The translations under genes and the position numbers were made by a program. 32,000 nt of DNA from Horticoccus luteus (GTDB lineage Bacteria; Verrucomicrobiota; Verrucomicrobiia; Opitutales; Opitutaceae): NCBI RefSeq assembly GCF_019464535.1, contig NZ_CP080507.1, forward strand, positions 360,001-392,000, written 5' to 3'. This document shows positions 1 through 7,750 of this stretch, one piece after another. The notes under the pieces are model-generated. The model ran no database searches. It saw nothing but the letters and a program-made list of their open reading frames with translations, and was not told the origin of the DNA. Every line of letters starts with the position of its first letter. Positions within the stretch are counted from its first letter, which is position 1.

Positions 1-1
1 C

Positions 2-661
2 TTTATCGGCGTGGTGCCGTGGTTCGTCTCGGCGACGCCGGGATTGCGGCAGTTGCCGGCGTTGACCGTCGTGACACAGGAACGGAGCGCACGGGTGCAG
101 ACGCGCGCGAATGCGGATGATGTGGCCGCCGGACGCGCCGCCGCGGTGGGCGAGCATGTGACGAAGGTGCAACGGCTGGAGCCGGTCTCGGTGTTTTTCG
201 AGGAAGGTCTGGCGCACAGCAACCCGCAGGATTTTTCGTCGCCGATGGAAGGACTCGGGCGGTTCAACATCGAAGTGTGGTTGATATCGTTGACGGGCTT
301 CGACGTGACGCGGTTGACGGCGGCGTGGCTGCTGACGGTGCGCTACCTCGTCGATGCGCTGCTGCCGATGGCGCTGCTGATCGTAGTCAGTTGGATGACG
401 AAGCAGCGCGATCCGGAGCGCGTGGCGCGGTTTTATGTGCGCTTGAAGACGCCGGTGGGCGCGACGCTGGAAGAGGACGACAAAGCGGTGGCGGAAAGTT
501 ACGCGAATCCGACGCGCTACGATCATCTGAAGCTTTTTCCGCGTTCGAACTGGGAGTTCACGAAGTGGGATCGCCTCGACACGATCGGCTTTCTGGGGTG
601 CTGCGCGTTCGTGGGCTTCATCCTGTTGTTCTTCAAACTCGTGCTATCCCTCGGCGCGTGA
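2..661 (+). CDS. Integral membrane protein, C-terminal part (5' end outside window); possibly the C-terminal region of a sodium:solute-symporter-type transporter
   Basis: Frame is open from the window edge (codon phase of position 2) to TGA at 659-661. Third codon positions strongly favour G/C. Hydrophobic helices: AAWLLTVRYLVDALLPMALLIVVSW and IGFLGCCAFVGFILLFFKLVLSL. Family guess is by eye only. Confidence 0.55.
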   Translation, partial: FIGVVPWFVSATPGLRQLPALTVVTQERSARVQTRANADDVAAGRAAAVGEHVTKVQRLEPVSVFFEEGLAHSNPQDFSSPMEGLGRFNIEVWLISLTGFDVTRLTAAWLLTVRYLVDALLPMALLIVVSWMTKQRDPERVARFYVRLKTPVGATLEEDDKAVAESYANPTRYDHLKLFPRSNWEFTKWDRLDTIGFLGCCAFVGFILLFFKLVLSLGA

Positions 662-686
662 CGCCGGGCGCGCGCGGCGCCCGGCG
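662..686. terminator. Perfect GC hairpin between convergent genes (possible bidirectional terminator)
   Basis: cgccgggcgc (662-671) pairs perfectly with gcgcccggcg (677-686), with a 5-nt loop. It lies between convergent stops at 661 and 710. No U-tract on either strand, so terminator function is inferred. Confidence 0.4.
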
Positions 687-709
687 GAGCATTGGGTCGT
701 CTGGAACGT

Positions 710-2320
710 TCAGGTTTTGCGTTCGCGCAGGGCGTCGGCGACGAGGGTCTTGATCGGATCGCTGCCCCAGCGTTCGAATTCCTCTTCGGTCGGCAGAGGA
801 GAGCCGGCGGCGATCAACGCGTGCGCGACGCCGGCATAATCGCCGTCCGGCTGCGGCCGGTTGACCTCAGCATAGTCAGTCCAGCCGAGGGGAGTGGCGT
901 GGTAGGTCGAGTCGCGCACGTCGGCGGGCGCGCCGTGAGCGAGGAGGATGCGGGCAGCGGCGAGGTTGCCCGAGAAAGCGGCCCAATGCAGCGGAGTGGC
1001 GCCCATCGCGTCGGTGCCGGCAGGATCGAAGCCGGCGTCGAGCATGGTTTCGAGTGCGGTGGTGTCGCGGCGACCGGCGAGTTCGCGCGCGAGTTTTTTC
1101 GTGCCGGGGCGATCGAAGAGCGCGCGCAGCTTGGGTTCGGCGCGGAGCATCATGGCGACCTTGGCGCGGTCGCCGCGCATGCCGGCGGCGAGAAAGCGCT
1201 CCGTGCCGCTGAGTTCGTCGGCGCCATCGTGGGCGCGCAACCAGTCGGCGACGGCGATGTTGCCGTGGAGCGAGGCGAGCGCGAAGGGCGTGCGACCGTC
1301 GGCGCGGCGGGTGCGCAGATGAGCGCCGTGTTGAAAGAGAAGTTCGAGCATCGGCACATCCCAATGGCGTGCGGCGGCGTGGACGGGCGTCTCGGCGGCC
1401 TGCTCGGGGTAGCAAACGCGATTCGCATCGGCGCCGTGCGCGAGGAGCCAGGCGACTCCGCGGCGGACCGGAGCATCGTGCGAGAGCCCGGCAAAGTGGC
1501 CGAGGATGAAGAAGAGCGGCGTGTTGCCCCAGGAACGAGCGCCGTCGCCGCCGTCGGCGTGCGCTCCGTGGGCGGCGAGGAGATCGAGCATGGCGACGTC
1601 GCCGTTCTCCGCGGCGTGATAGCCGGATTCGCCGTCATCGGGCTGGGCGCCGGATTCCAAGAGGAGCTGCGCGAGAGCGTAGTGCCGGGCATGGCACGCC
1701 GCGGCCCAGAGCGCGGAGAGTTTTTGCTGCGGGTCGCCTTCCCAGGGGTAGCCGGTATTCACGTCGGCGCCCTGGCTCAGGAGCAGGCGCGCGGTGGCGA
1801 TGAGGCCGGCGGAGTTTTTGTCGACCCAGCGGGAGTGGGCGACATAGAGAAGCGGGGCCCATTTCAAGGGGCCGCCGGGACGCGTCGCCAGGCCGGGATC
1901 GGCGGCGAGATGACGAGCGACTACCGTGGCTTCGCCGAAAACGAGTGCGGCGTGGAAGTCTTTCGCGACGAGATCGGGAAAGAGCGTGCGGGCGCGTTCG
2001 GCGCGGGTGAGGCGGTGTTCGACGGAGCCGCGGACAAATTGCGTGACGGCTTGGTCGAATTGCAGGGTGAGCTCTTCCACGCGCTCGCGGAGGGCGTTCC
2101 AAGAAGGGAAGCCATGTTCACGCGCGAGGACGGACTGGGCGTCGTGCAGCGCGAGGCGGAGCGTGGCGAGGTCGGCGGCGGAGCGCGCGGCGAGCGCCGG
2201 AAGGGCACGGAAACGCACGAGCGCGACCGGATCTTTTTCGCGGGCGGACCGCAGCAGTTCCTTGGCTTGATGCTTGAGCTGCTCGAGATTCGGGCGCTCG
2301 GGTAACGGCGATGTTGTCAT
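710..2320 (-). CDS. Ankyrin-repeat protein, cytoplasmic (no signal peptide)
   Basis: ORF 710..2362. ATG at 2320 is preferred because the coding strand reads GGAGGTTACATG, the clearest SD in the window. Ankyrin consensus blocks: GYHAAENGDVAMLDLLAAHGAHAD, ETPVHAAARHWDVPMLELLFQHGAHL, GRTPFALASLHGNIAVADWLRAHDG, GATPLHWAAFSGNLAAARILLAHGAPADVRD. Confidence 0.85.
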   Translation of the reverse strand: MTTSPLPERPNLEQLKHQAKELLRSAREKDPVALVRFRALPALAARSAADLATLRLALHDAQSVLAREHGFPSWNALRERVEELTLQFDQAVTQFVRGSVEHRLTRAERARTLFPDLVAKDFHAALVFGEATVVARHLAADPGLATRPGGPLKWAPLLYVAHSRWVDKNSAGLIATARLLLSQGADVNTGYPWEGDPQQKLSALWAAACHARHYALAQLLLESGAQPDDGESGYHAAENGDVAMLDLLAAHGAHADGGDGARSWGNTPLFFILGHFAGLSHDAPVRRGVAWLLAHGADANRVCYPEQAAETPVHAAARHWDVPMLELLFQHGAHLRTRRADGRTPFALASLHGNIAVADWLRAHDGADELSGTERFLAAGMRGDRAKVAMMLRAEPKLRALFDRPGTKKLARELAGRRDTTALETMLDAGFDPAGTDAMGATPLHWAAFSGNLAAARILLAHGAPADVRDSTYHATPLGWTDYAEVNRPQPDGDYAGVAHALIAAGSPLPTEEEFERWGSDPIKTLVADALRERKT

Positions 2321-2472
2321 GTAACCTCCATGCTGAACGCCAGGGTCCGCAACCGGCAGCACGGGGAAACGTGCAGTCGTGAAGGAAGAGAGACGGTGGG
2401 CTCAGCCCTTCGCGCGGACCCGCGGGCGCCCGAAGCGCACGACGGCAAGGCAGGCGGGGAAAGAAACGGGTG

Positions 2473-4251
2473 TCAATTCGGCGTCGCAAACCGCGGGGCG
2501 GCGGCGGCGTGTCGGCGATGCACGTCGAGGTAGACGTGGTCGCACAGCGTGTCGACGTCGGCACCGGGGAGGAAGCGCGCGGAGAAACCGGGAAGGTCGG
2601 GGTCGATCGCGAGGCGGGCGGTGGCGAGAAAGTCGCGAATGAGTTCGCGCGGATCTTCGTCGCCGACAGCGATGCGGATGGTGGTCGGGGTGATGCCGGC
2701 AGCGCGGAGGGCGGCGGGGTCGAGTTCGCTGTGCGAGGTAAGCGCGGGGCAGAGGATGACGGTGTTGCTCTGACCGAGGGAAACCATGTGGCCGAACATG
2801 GGCGAGAGGGAGTCGAAGAAACGTTCGAAGGTGAGCCGCGAGAGGCCGGCGGCTTCGAAGTCGATGGTGAAGAGAGGCGCCGGCAGGCCGAGGTAGCTGA
2901 GACGGGCGGCGAGCGGGGCGTTGGGGTCGGTGGGATTGGCCGGGCCGTGGACGCTGAGGTGGGGATGGGAGGCGAGCCAGCGCGCGAGGATGGCGGTGTT
3001 GATGCACTTTTTCAGCATGCGCATCTCGAGGGTCTTCATGCCGGAGAGCACTTCGTAGGCTTTGTCGGCGTCGAGGAACGCGCCTTTGATATAGTAAACG
3101 TTCCAGAAAAGCGTGTGGTCCCAGCCGGGATCGCCTTTGGGCAGAAACATGTCGGCGTTGCGGCCGAGGACGACGCCGGCGGTGGTATCGCCATTGCCGA
3201 CGAGGTCTTTCGTGTAGCTGTGAATCACGTAATCGGGACGCGCCGCCGGTTCGGATTCCTGAAGCGGGCGGACGAGAAACGGCGTGCCGACGGTGGCATC
3301 GAGAATGACGGTGAGGCCGGCGGCGTGCGCGGAGCGGCAGATGGCGGGAACGTCGAGAAACACGCCGTGGGGATTGCACGGGCTTTCGAGGTAAACGTAG
3401 ATCCGGCGGGCGCCGGCGGGCGCGAGGCGATCGGCGTAGGTCGCACGCACGGTGGCGAGGGCGCGTTCGAAATCGTCGGCGGTGGCGCCGTCGAAGAACT
3501 CCACGGCGACGTTGAGGTTGGATTTCTTGCCATACCAGTCGTGGAGGAGCTGGTGGGTGCCGCCGTAAACGTTGCGCGAGGCGAGCACGACATCCTCGTA
3601 GCCGACGAGGTGGGCGAGGAGGGAGTCGATCGCGGCCATGCCGCTGTTGAAGTTCCACGCGAGATACTCGTGCGCGAGCGGGCCGGCTTCGATTTCGACG
3701 ATGTGGTTGGCGAGGGAGATCGAGGTGGGATTGAGGAGACGGGAGTAAATTTCGTGGAGAAATTCGCGGCCTTGAAACGCATCGTCGATCCACTCGGTGC
3801 AGGCGAAAATATAGGTGGCGGTGCGGGTGATGACGGGGTTGGCGGAGAAGAGGGCGGCGACGTTGTCGAAGGTGGGATACGGGCCTTTCGCCAGGGTGGT
3901 CGCGGCGGAGTGGCCGAGGGATTGGTGGACGGCGCGGGTGGGATTTTGCAGCGTATCGAGGAGCTTCGCCAACTGGAAGGTGAGGAATTTCTTCGCGTTG
4001 AAGAGAGCGAGGCGGTCGCCCCGCGGGAGATCGGCGAGCTCGCGGGTGGTGGCGGCCCAGAGTTCGGCGAGGTCGCCGTGGGCGGCGTAGAGGCGTTCGG
4101 CGAGGCGGAGGAGCGGCGCGCCGATGGGCGAATGGGGATCGAGGTGGAAGTGGGCGAGCTGTTCGCGCGCGAGTTCGGCGAGGGAGGTCGCGGTGGTGGT
4201 TTTGCGGCGCGGCGAAAGCTGCCGTGCGGCCGGGGTGGGGTCGTTTTGCAT
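2473..4251 (-). CDS. PLP-dependent enzyme of the Cys/Met-metabolism family (cystathionine gamma-synthase / O-acylhomoserine sulfhydrylase-like) with a long N-terminal extension
   Basis: ORF 2473..4305. ATG 4251 (MQNDPT...) is preferred because the longer form would start inside the terminator hairpin of the upstream gene. Family motifs: YSRLLNPT, NSGMAAI, VYGGTHQLL, ESPCNP, DATVGTP, HSYTKDLVGNGDTTAG (Schiff-base Lys context). About 170 residues precede the fold. Confidence 0.8.
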   Translation of the reverse strand: MQNDPTPAARQLSPRRKTTTATSLAELAREQLAHFHLDPHSPIGAPLLRLAERLYAAHGDLAELWAATTRELADLPRGDRLALFNAKKFLTFQLAKLLDTLQNPTRAVHQSLGHSAATTLAKGPYPTFDNVAALFSANPVITRTATYIFACTEWIDDAFQGREFLHEIYSRLLNPTSISLANHIVEIEAGPLAHEYLAWNFNSGMAAIDSLLAHLVGYEDVVLASRNVYGGTHQLLHDWYGKKSNLNVAVEFFDGATADDFERALATVRATYADRLAPAGARRIYVYLESPCNPHGVFLDVPAICRSAHAAGLTVILDATVGTPFLVRPLQESEPAARPDYVIHSYTKDLVGNGDTTAGVVLGRNADMFLPKGDPGWDHTLFWNVYYIKGAFLDADKAYEVLSGMKTLEMRMLKKCINTAILARWLASHPHLSVHGPANPTDPNAPLAARLSYLGLPAPLFTIDFEAAGLSRLTFERFFDSLSPMFGHMVSLGQSNTVILCPALTSHSELDPAALRAAGITPTTIRIAVGDEDPRELIRDFLATARLAIDPDLPGFSARFLPGADVDTLCDHVYLDVHRRHAAAAPRFATPN

Positions 4252-4300
4252 GGGTGCAAGCTGACCGAGGCGGCAGGCGGGCGCAATCCGATCGCCAGCC

Positions 4301-4330
4301 AACAAAAACGCCGCGCTGGAGGGCGCGGCG
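4301..4330 (-). terminator. Rho-independent terminator ending the lipoprotein operon
   Basis: The minus strand reads CGCCGCGC-CCTCCA-GCGCGGCG followed by TTTTTGTT. The 8-bp stem is 4309-4316/4323-4330 and the U-tract is plus 4301-4308. It lies about 37 nt after the stop of the 4368..4853 gene. Confidence 0.75.
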
Positions 4331-4367
4331 GATTCCGGCGAACCGGAGCGGGGAGCAGCGCGCGCGC

Positions 4368-4853
4368 TTACATGCCGTTGATGACTTTGATGTCGGCGAC
4401 CTTATCGCCGTTGAAGATCACGTGCACCTTCACCTTGGCGTCTTCCTTGATCGTCTCAAGGGTGGGATCGTATTCGACGGTGTAGGTGTTGTTTTGGCCG
4501 GAGCGGCTGGTCATGCCGCTCGCCGCGCCGCGGCCGCCGGTGCTGGTGCCGGCGTTGGTGCGAATGCGCTGGCCGGGCGTGAGGCTGGAGCCATCGGAAT
4601 TATAGAAGTTATGATAAACCCAGGTCTCCTGATTCGGGCCCGGTCCGGAAATGACTTTCTCCGGTTTGTCGAGGGCCATATAGACCATGTCGCGCGTGAA
4701 GCCGACGCTGATATAACCATACCGGATGATCTGTTGATCGGTGGGGCTCAACTGCGAGTAGGTTGCGGATTTCTCCTTGATGCGACTGTCAATGGTGCTG
4801 CAACCGGAGAGGAGCAGGGCGAGGGCAACGACGGCGAAGAGAGGGGATTTCAT
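4368..4853 (-). CDS. BamE-like (SmpA/OmlA-like) lipoprotein, array copy 1
   Basis: Signal peptide plus lipobox MKSPLFAVVALALLLSGC. Motifs: VGFTRDMVYMALDKPEKV, PGPGPNQETWVY, YTVEYDP, KVHVIFNGDKVADIKV. The motif order parallels E. coli BamE (GCST.., VGMTQQQVAYALGTP, TNTWFY, TLTLTFNSSG), recalled from memory and not searched. Confidence 0.85.
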   Translation of the reverse strand: MKSPLFAVVALALLLSGCSTIDSRIKEKSATYSQLSPTDQQIIRYGYISVGFTRDMVYMALDKPEKVISGPGPNQETWVYHNFYNSDGSSLTPGQRIRTNAGTSTGGRGAASGMTSRSGQNNTYTVEYDPTLETIKEDAKVKVHVIFNGDKVADIKVINGM

Positions 4854-4934
4854 GGTGGGTGGAAAGAGGAAGCGTCGGCAAACTGGGCCGGCGGCTGGAT
4901 AATGCCGAGCGGAAAAAGGCGGCTCGTTGGGGCG

Positions 4935-4985
4935 GGTGGGAGATGCGCGATCGGGCGATTTGACGGCACCGCGATCGCGCCCACC
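4935..4985 (-). other. Extended hairpin in the spacer between array copies 2 and 1 (possible attenuator or processing site)
   Basis: gcgcgatcg (4945-4953) pairs with cgatcgcgc (4972-4980). The stem is extended by ggtgg (4935-4939) pairing with ccacc (4981-4985) across a 5-nt bulge. It sits 23 nt downstream of the copy-2 stop. No U-tract. Confidence 0.3.
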
Positions 4986-5007
4986 GCGCGTGCACCGCTG
5001 CTGCGGG

Positions 5008-5478
5008 TTACGCCCGTCTCACGACTTGGATGTCGACGACTCTATTGCCGCTGAAGATCACGTGCACTTTGGTCTTGGCCTGATCCTTGACGTCTTCAAG
5101 CGACGGGTCGTAAACGGTCTCGTATTGGGTGCCGCGCCCGCCCTGCGCGCCTTTCATCGCAGAGGCGCGGGAACTGCCGACGGCTTGGGCGCGGACCGGG
5201 ATCGAAGCATTGGAGCCATCTTTCGCATAAAAATTTTCGTAGACCCACGTCTCCTGATTGGGCCCGGGACCGGGGATGATTTTCTCGGGCTTGTCGAGGG
5301 CCATGTAGACCATGTCGTGCGTGAAGCCGACTTGGATGAAGCCGTAGCGAATGATCTGTTTATCGGTGTCGCTGAGCGAGTCGAACGTGGAGGCGTGTTC
5401 CTTGATGCGACTGTCGATGGTGCTGCAACCGGCCACCGCAAGCGCAAGGCAGGCGAGGAGGAAGGCGGGGTTTTTCAT
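5008..5478 (-). CDS. BamE-like lipoprotein, array copy 2 (closest to copy 1)
   Basis: Lipobox MKNPAFLLACLALAVAGC. Shares GCSTIDSRIKE, QIIRYG, VGFT.DMVYMALDKPEK, PGPGPNQETWVY and KVHVIF with copy 1. Confidence 0.85.
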   Translation of the reverse strand: MKNPAFLLACLALAVAGCSTIDSRIKEHASTFDSLSDTDKQIIRYGFIQVGFTHDMVYMALDKPEKIIPGPGPNQETWVYENFYAKDGSNASIPVRAQAVGSSRASAMKGAQGGRGTQYETVYDPSLEDVKDQAKTKVHVIFSGNRVVDIQVVRRA

Positions 5479-5530
5479 GGAAGAAAGGCGGTCGGGCGCG
5501 CCGCTTGCCCCGAGGGGCGTTCGGCGGGCG

Positions 5531-6106
5531 CTAGGACTGAGAAATGCGGATGTCGGCGACGACGCCGCGGAGGAAGATCACCTGCACGCGGGAGTGCGCC
5601 TGGTCGCGGACTTGCGTGGTGTGGGGATCGTATTCGATCGTCGTGGTGACGGCTTCGTCGTGAGTCCGGCCAGACCAACCGGCGGCGGCGGAGGGCGGCG
5701 TGCCGGGCATGCGCGCGATCGGGCCATTCTTGCCAGCGGTGCCGCCCAGGCCGCCGGTGTCTTCGGCCCAGTGCGTGACGAGTTTTTGTCCCGGGATGAG
5801 GTCGGAACCGTCGGCTTGGTAATAGGTTTGATACAGCCACGTTTCCTGCTGCGGGCCGGGGCCGGCGACGATGCGGTCGGGTTTGGCGAGGGCGAGCAAG
5901 ACCATGTCGCTGGTGAACCCGATGGCGATCTGGCCGCGCTTGATCATGGCTTGCTCGCGAGGCGACAGTTGCGCGAACAACTCCGCTTTCGTTGCGACGC
6001 GGGACTCGAGGGTCTGGTGAGCGCAGCCACTCCAACTCGTCGCGAGAACGGCGAGCGGGAGGGCGAGGGAGAAGCGAAGCCAGCAGGAGCGGCGGGTGGG
6101 GTTCAT
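5531..6106 (-). CDS. BamE-like lipoprotein, array copy 3
   Basis: Signal peptide ending in the lipobox-like WSGC. Motifs: LSPREQAMIKRGQIAIGFTSDMVLLALAKPDRIV, GPGPQQETWLYQTYY, GPIARMPG, IEYDP, RVQVIFLRGVVADIRI. Confidence 0.8.
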   Translation of the reverse strand: MNPTRRSCWLRFSLALPLAVLATSWSGCAHQTLESRVATKAELFAQLSPREQAMIKRGQIAIGFTSDMVLLALAKPDRIVAGPGPQQETWLYQTYYQADGSDLIPGQKLVTHWAEDTGGLGGTAGKNGPIARMPGTPPSAAAGWSGRTHDEAVTTTIEYDPHTTQVRDQAHSRVQVIFLRGVVADIRISQS

Positions 6107-6117
6107 GGACGGGTGAG

Positions 6118-6669
6118 TTAGGTTTTTTCCACGCGGATGTCGGCGACGAGGCCGCGAAGGAAAATCACTTGGACGCGCGGTTGGGACTGGGTTTTTTCCT
6201 GAAACAACGTGGGGTCGTATTCGACGGTGTAGGTGTTGGTATGCGGGTTTCGGGTGGCCGCGTCGCTGGCTGGATTACCGCCGGGCATGCGCGCAATCGG
6301 GCCGCTGGCGCCACCGGTGCCGCCGAGGCCTCCGGTTTCGGCGGCGGAGTGGGTGACGATCCTTTGAGACGGGGTGAGGCTGGAACCGTCCGCGGCGTAG
6401 TAGGATTGATACAGCCAAGTCTCCTGCTGGGGCCCGGGGCCGGAGACCACGCGGTCGGGTTTGTCGAGCGAGAGGAGGACCATGTCGGTGGTGAAGCCGA
6501 TCCCGATCAGGTGACGCTTGATCATGGACTGCTCGCGGGGCGTGAGGCGGCTGAGGAGTGTTTGCCGCGCGGTCGTCTGGGTCGACGCGGTTTGAGTGGA
6601 CTGGCAACCGCTGAATCCCACCAGCGCGGTGGCGGCGGCGATGAGGAGGGGGAGGAGGGGCGTTTTCAT
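6118..6669 (-). CDS. BamE-like lipoprotein, array copy 4 (closest to copy 3)
   Basis: Lipobox MKTPLLPLLIAAATALVGFSGC. Motifs: LTPREQSMIKRHLIGIGFTTDMVLLSLDKPDRVV, GPGPQQETWLYQSYY, GPIARMPG, YTVEYDP, RVQVIFLRGLVADIRV. Only 11 nt separate it from copy 3. Confidence 0.85.
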   Translation of the reverse strand: MKTPLLPLLIAAATALVGFSGCQSTQTASTQTTARQTLLSRLTPREQSMIKRHLIGIGFTTDMVLLSLDKPDRVVSGPGPQQETWLYQSYYAADGSSLTPSQRIVTHSAAETGGLGGTGGASGPIARMPGGNPASDAATRNPHTNTYTVEYDPTLFQEKTQSQPRVQVIFLRGLVADIRVEKT

Positions 6670-6674
6670 AAACG

Positions 6675-6874
6675 TTAATCTTCGACTATCTGGATGGCGG
6701 CCACGCGGCCGAAATTGAAGATCACTTCCACGCGGCGCGTCGAAACGATGCTCGTGCGAATGGCGCCGGGATCATATTCGACGGTGTAGCTGAGGCGACC
6801 GGTGCCGTGCAGCCGGCGAGAAAAGCCAGCCCCGTGACGGCGCCGAGGCGGCGGAGGTGGGACGACGCACGCAT
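6675..6874 (-). pseudogene. Decayed fifth copy of the BamE-like lipoprotein (internal deletion plus frameshift)
   Basis: My own translation. ATG at 6874 opens MRASSHLRRLGAVTGLAFLAGCTAPVAS..., a signal peptide with lipobox, which runs to TGA at 6722-6724 (50 codons). A different frame of the same strand encodes ..SYTVEYDPGAIRTSIVSTRRVEVIFNFGRVAAIQIVED, ending at TAA 6675-6677. This matches the C-termini of the intact copies. The central roughly 100 residues are missing. Confidence 0.7.
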
Positions 6875-6889
6875 CGGTAGGAAAGCGAC

Positions 6890-7750
6890 CTAGCGCTTGG
6901 CGATGGGGCCGCCGTCGACGGCCTGGAGTGCTTCGAACGCGCGGCGCTGGGCGGGACTCAGTGATGCGATGAAGGCGGCCATGCGTTGCGCCCGTTGTTC
7001 GCGGGTCGCGTTATATTCATCGTAAGAAACGGCCTTCGTGATTTCGGTGTAGGTGCGCGCCTGTTCGGGATTCAGCGAAACGCGGAAACGGGCGATTTGC
7101 GTATTCAAGCGGTTGGCGCGCGCATCGCCGTAGGCTGGTTCGAAGCCGATATCCCAATAGCCGGTGGCATCGATGACGACGGACATGCGCCAGCCGTAGT
7201 CGAGATACCACTGCTGGATATCATACTTCTCCTCTGCATTGAGATCGGCGAGGCGCACTTGTAACTGCACGGGCAACGCGACGGGATGCCAGAGCATGGG
7301 GTTTTCCGCCGAGTTGATCCACGCTTCGCTTTGTTCGGGTGTTTTCTGGCGACGTTCGAGCGACTGCCAGCCTGTGACGATCAGCTCGCTGCGCTTCTTG
7401 TCCGGCCCTTGGACTTCGACGGTCACGCCGTGGATTTTTTCCACGTGGAAATCACCGACGTCATCCCCCACGACGGCCCACTTGTGACCGGTTTGGTCGA
7501 AGCCCTTGAACAGGGCGTAGGCGACTTTGCCGACGTGAAGCACGCCGTCCAGCTGCGGGAGCTCGGCGGGCGGGGGATTGGACGTGTCGGCGGCCTGCGC
7601 GGCGGGCACGCAAAACGTGGCAGTCACCACCACGAGCACGAGGAACGCCAGGCGGGAAACGCCAGCGCGGAGAGAAGAAGGCAGTGGGGCTACGACCGAT
7701 GCGAGCGAGCGAGGCGATTGAACGTCACGGCCAACAGAGCAGCATTTCAT
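6890..7750 (-). CDS. Secreted hypothetical protein, first gene of the lipoprotein operon
   Basis: ORF 6890..7990. ATG 7750 (MKCCS..) was chosen because it precedes the hydrophobic core RLAFLVLVVVTATFCVPAAQA-AD (AXA-type cleavage site). In-frame ATGs at 7834 and 7990 cannot be excluded. No family recognised. The segment VGKVAYALFKG....VVGDDVGDFHVEKIHGVTVEV is vaguely PilP/GspC-like by eye. Confidence 0.65.
   Translation of the reverse strand: MKCCSVGRDVQSPRSLASVVAPLPSSLRAGVSRLAFLVLVVVTATFCVPAAQAADTSNPPPAELPQLDGVLHVGKVAYALFKGFDQTGHKWAVVGDDVGDFHVEKIHGVTVEVQGPDKKRSELIVTGWQSLERRQKTPEQSEAWINSAENPMLWHPVALPVQLQVRLADLNAEEKYDIQQWYLDYGWRMSVVIDATGYWDIGFEPAYGDARANRLNTQIARFRVSLNPEQARTYTEITKAVSYDEYNATREQRAQRMAAFIASLSPAQRRAFEALQAVDGGPIAKR

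Noticed and set aside
710-2320. Ankyrin-repeat protein as a secreted host-targeting effector.
   Set aside because: It has no signal peptide and no recognisable secretion motif. There are no adjacent secretion-system genes. The idea has no support from the sequence.
2402-3793. Arg/Pro-rich ORFs in alternative frames, found throughout the track (for example 2402..3793, 9759..11291, 18923..21028 5' part, 19206..20294, 22315..23559, 28772..30037).
   Set aside because: Extreme Arg/Pro/His content is typical of out-of-frame reading of GC-rich coding DNA. Each overlaps a gene with a convincing family signature in another frame.
692-4485. Plus-strand ORFs 692..2305 (537 aa) and 2470..4485 (671 aa).
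   Set aside because: They are antisense to the ankyrin and PLP-enzyme genes, which have clear family motifs. Their composition is G/A/E/R-rich without motifs. They are GC-bias artefacts.
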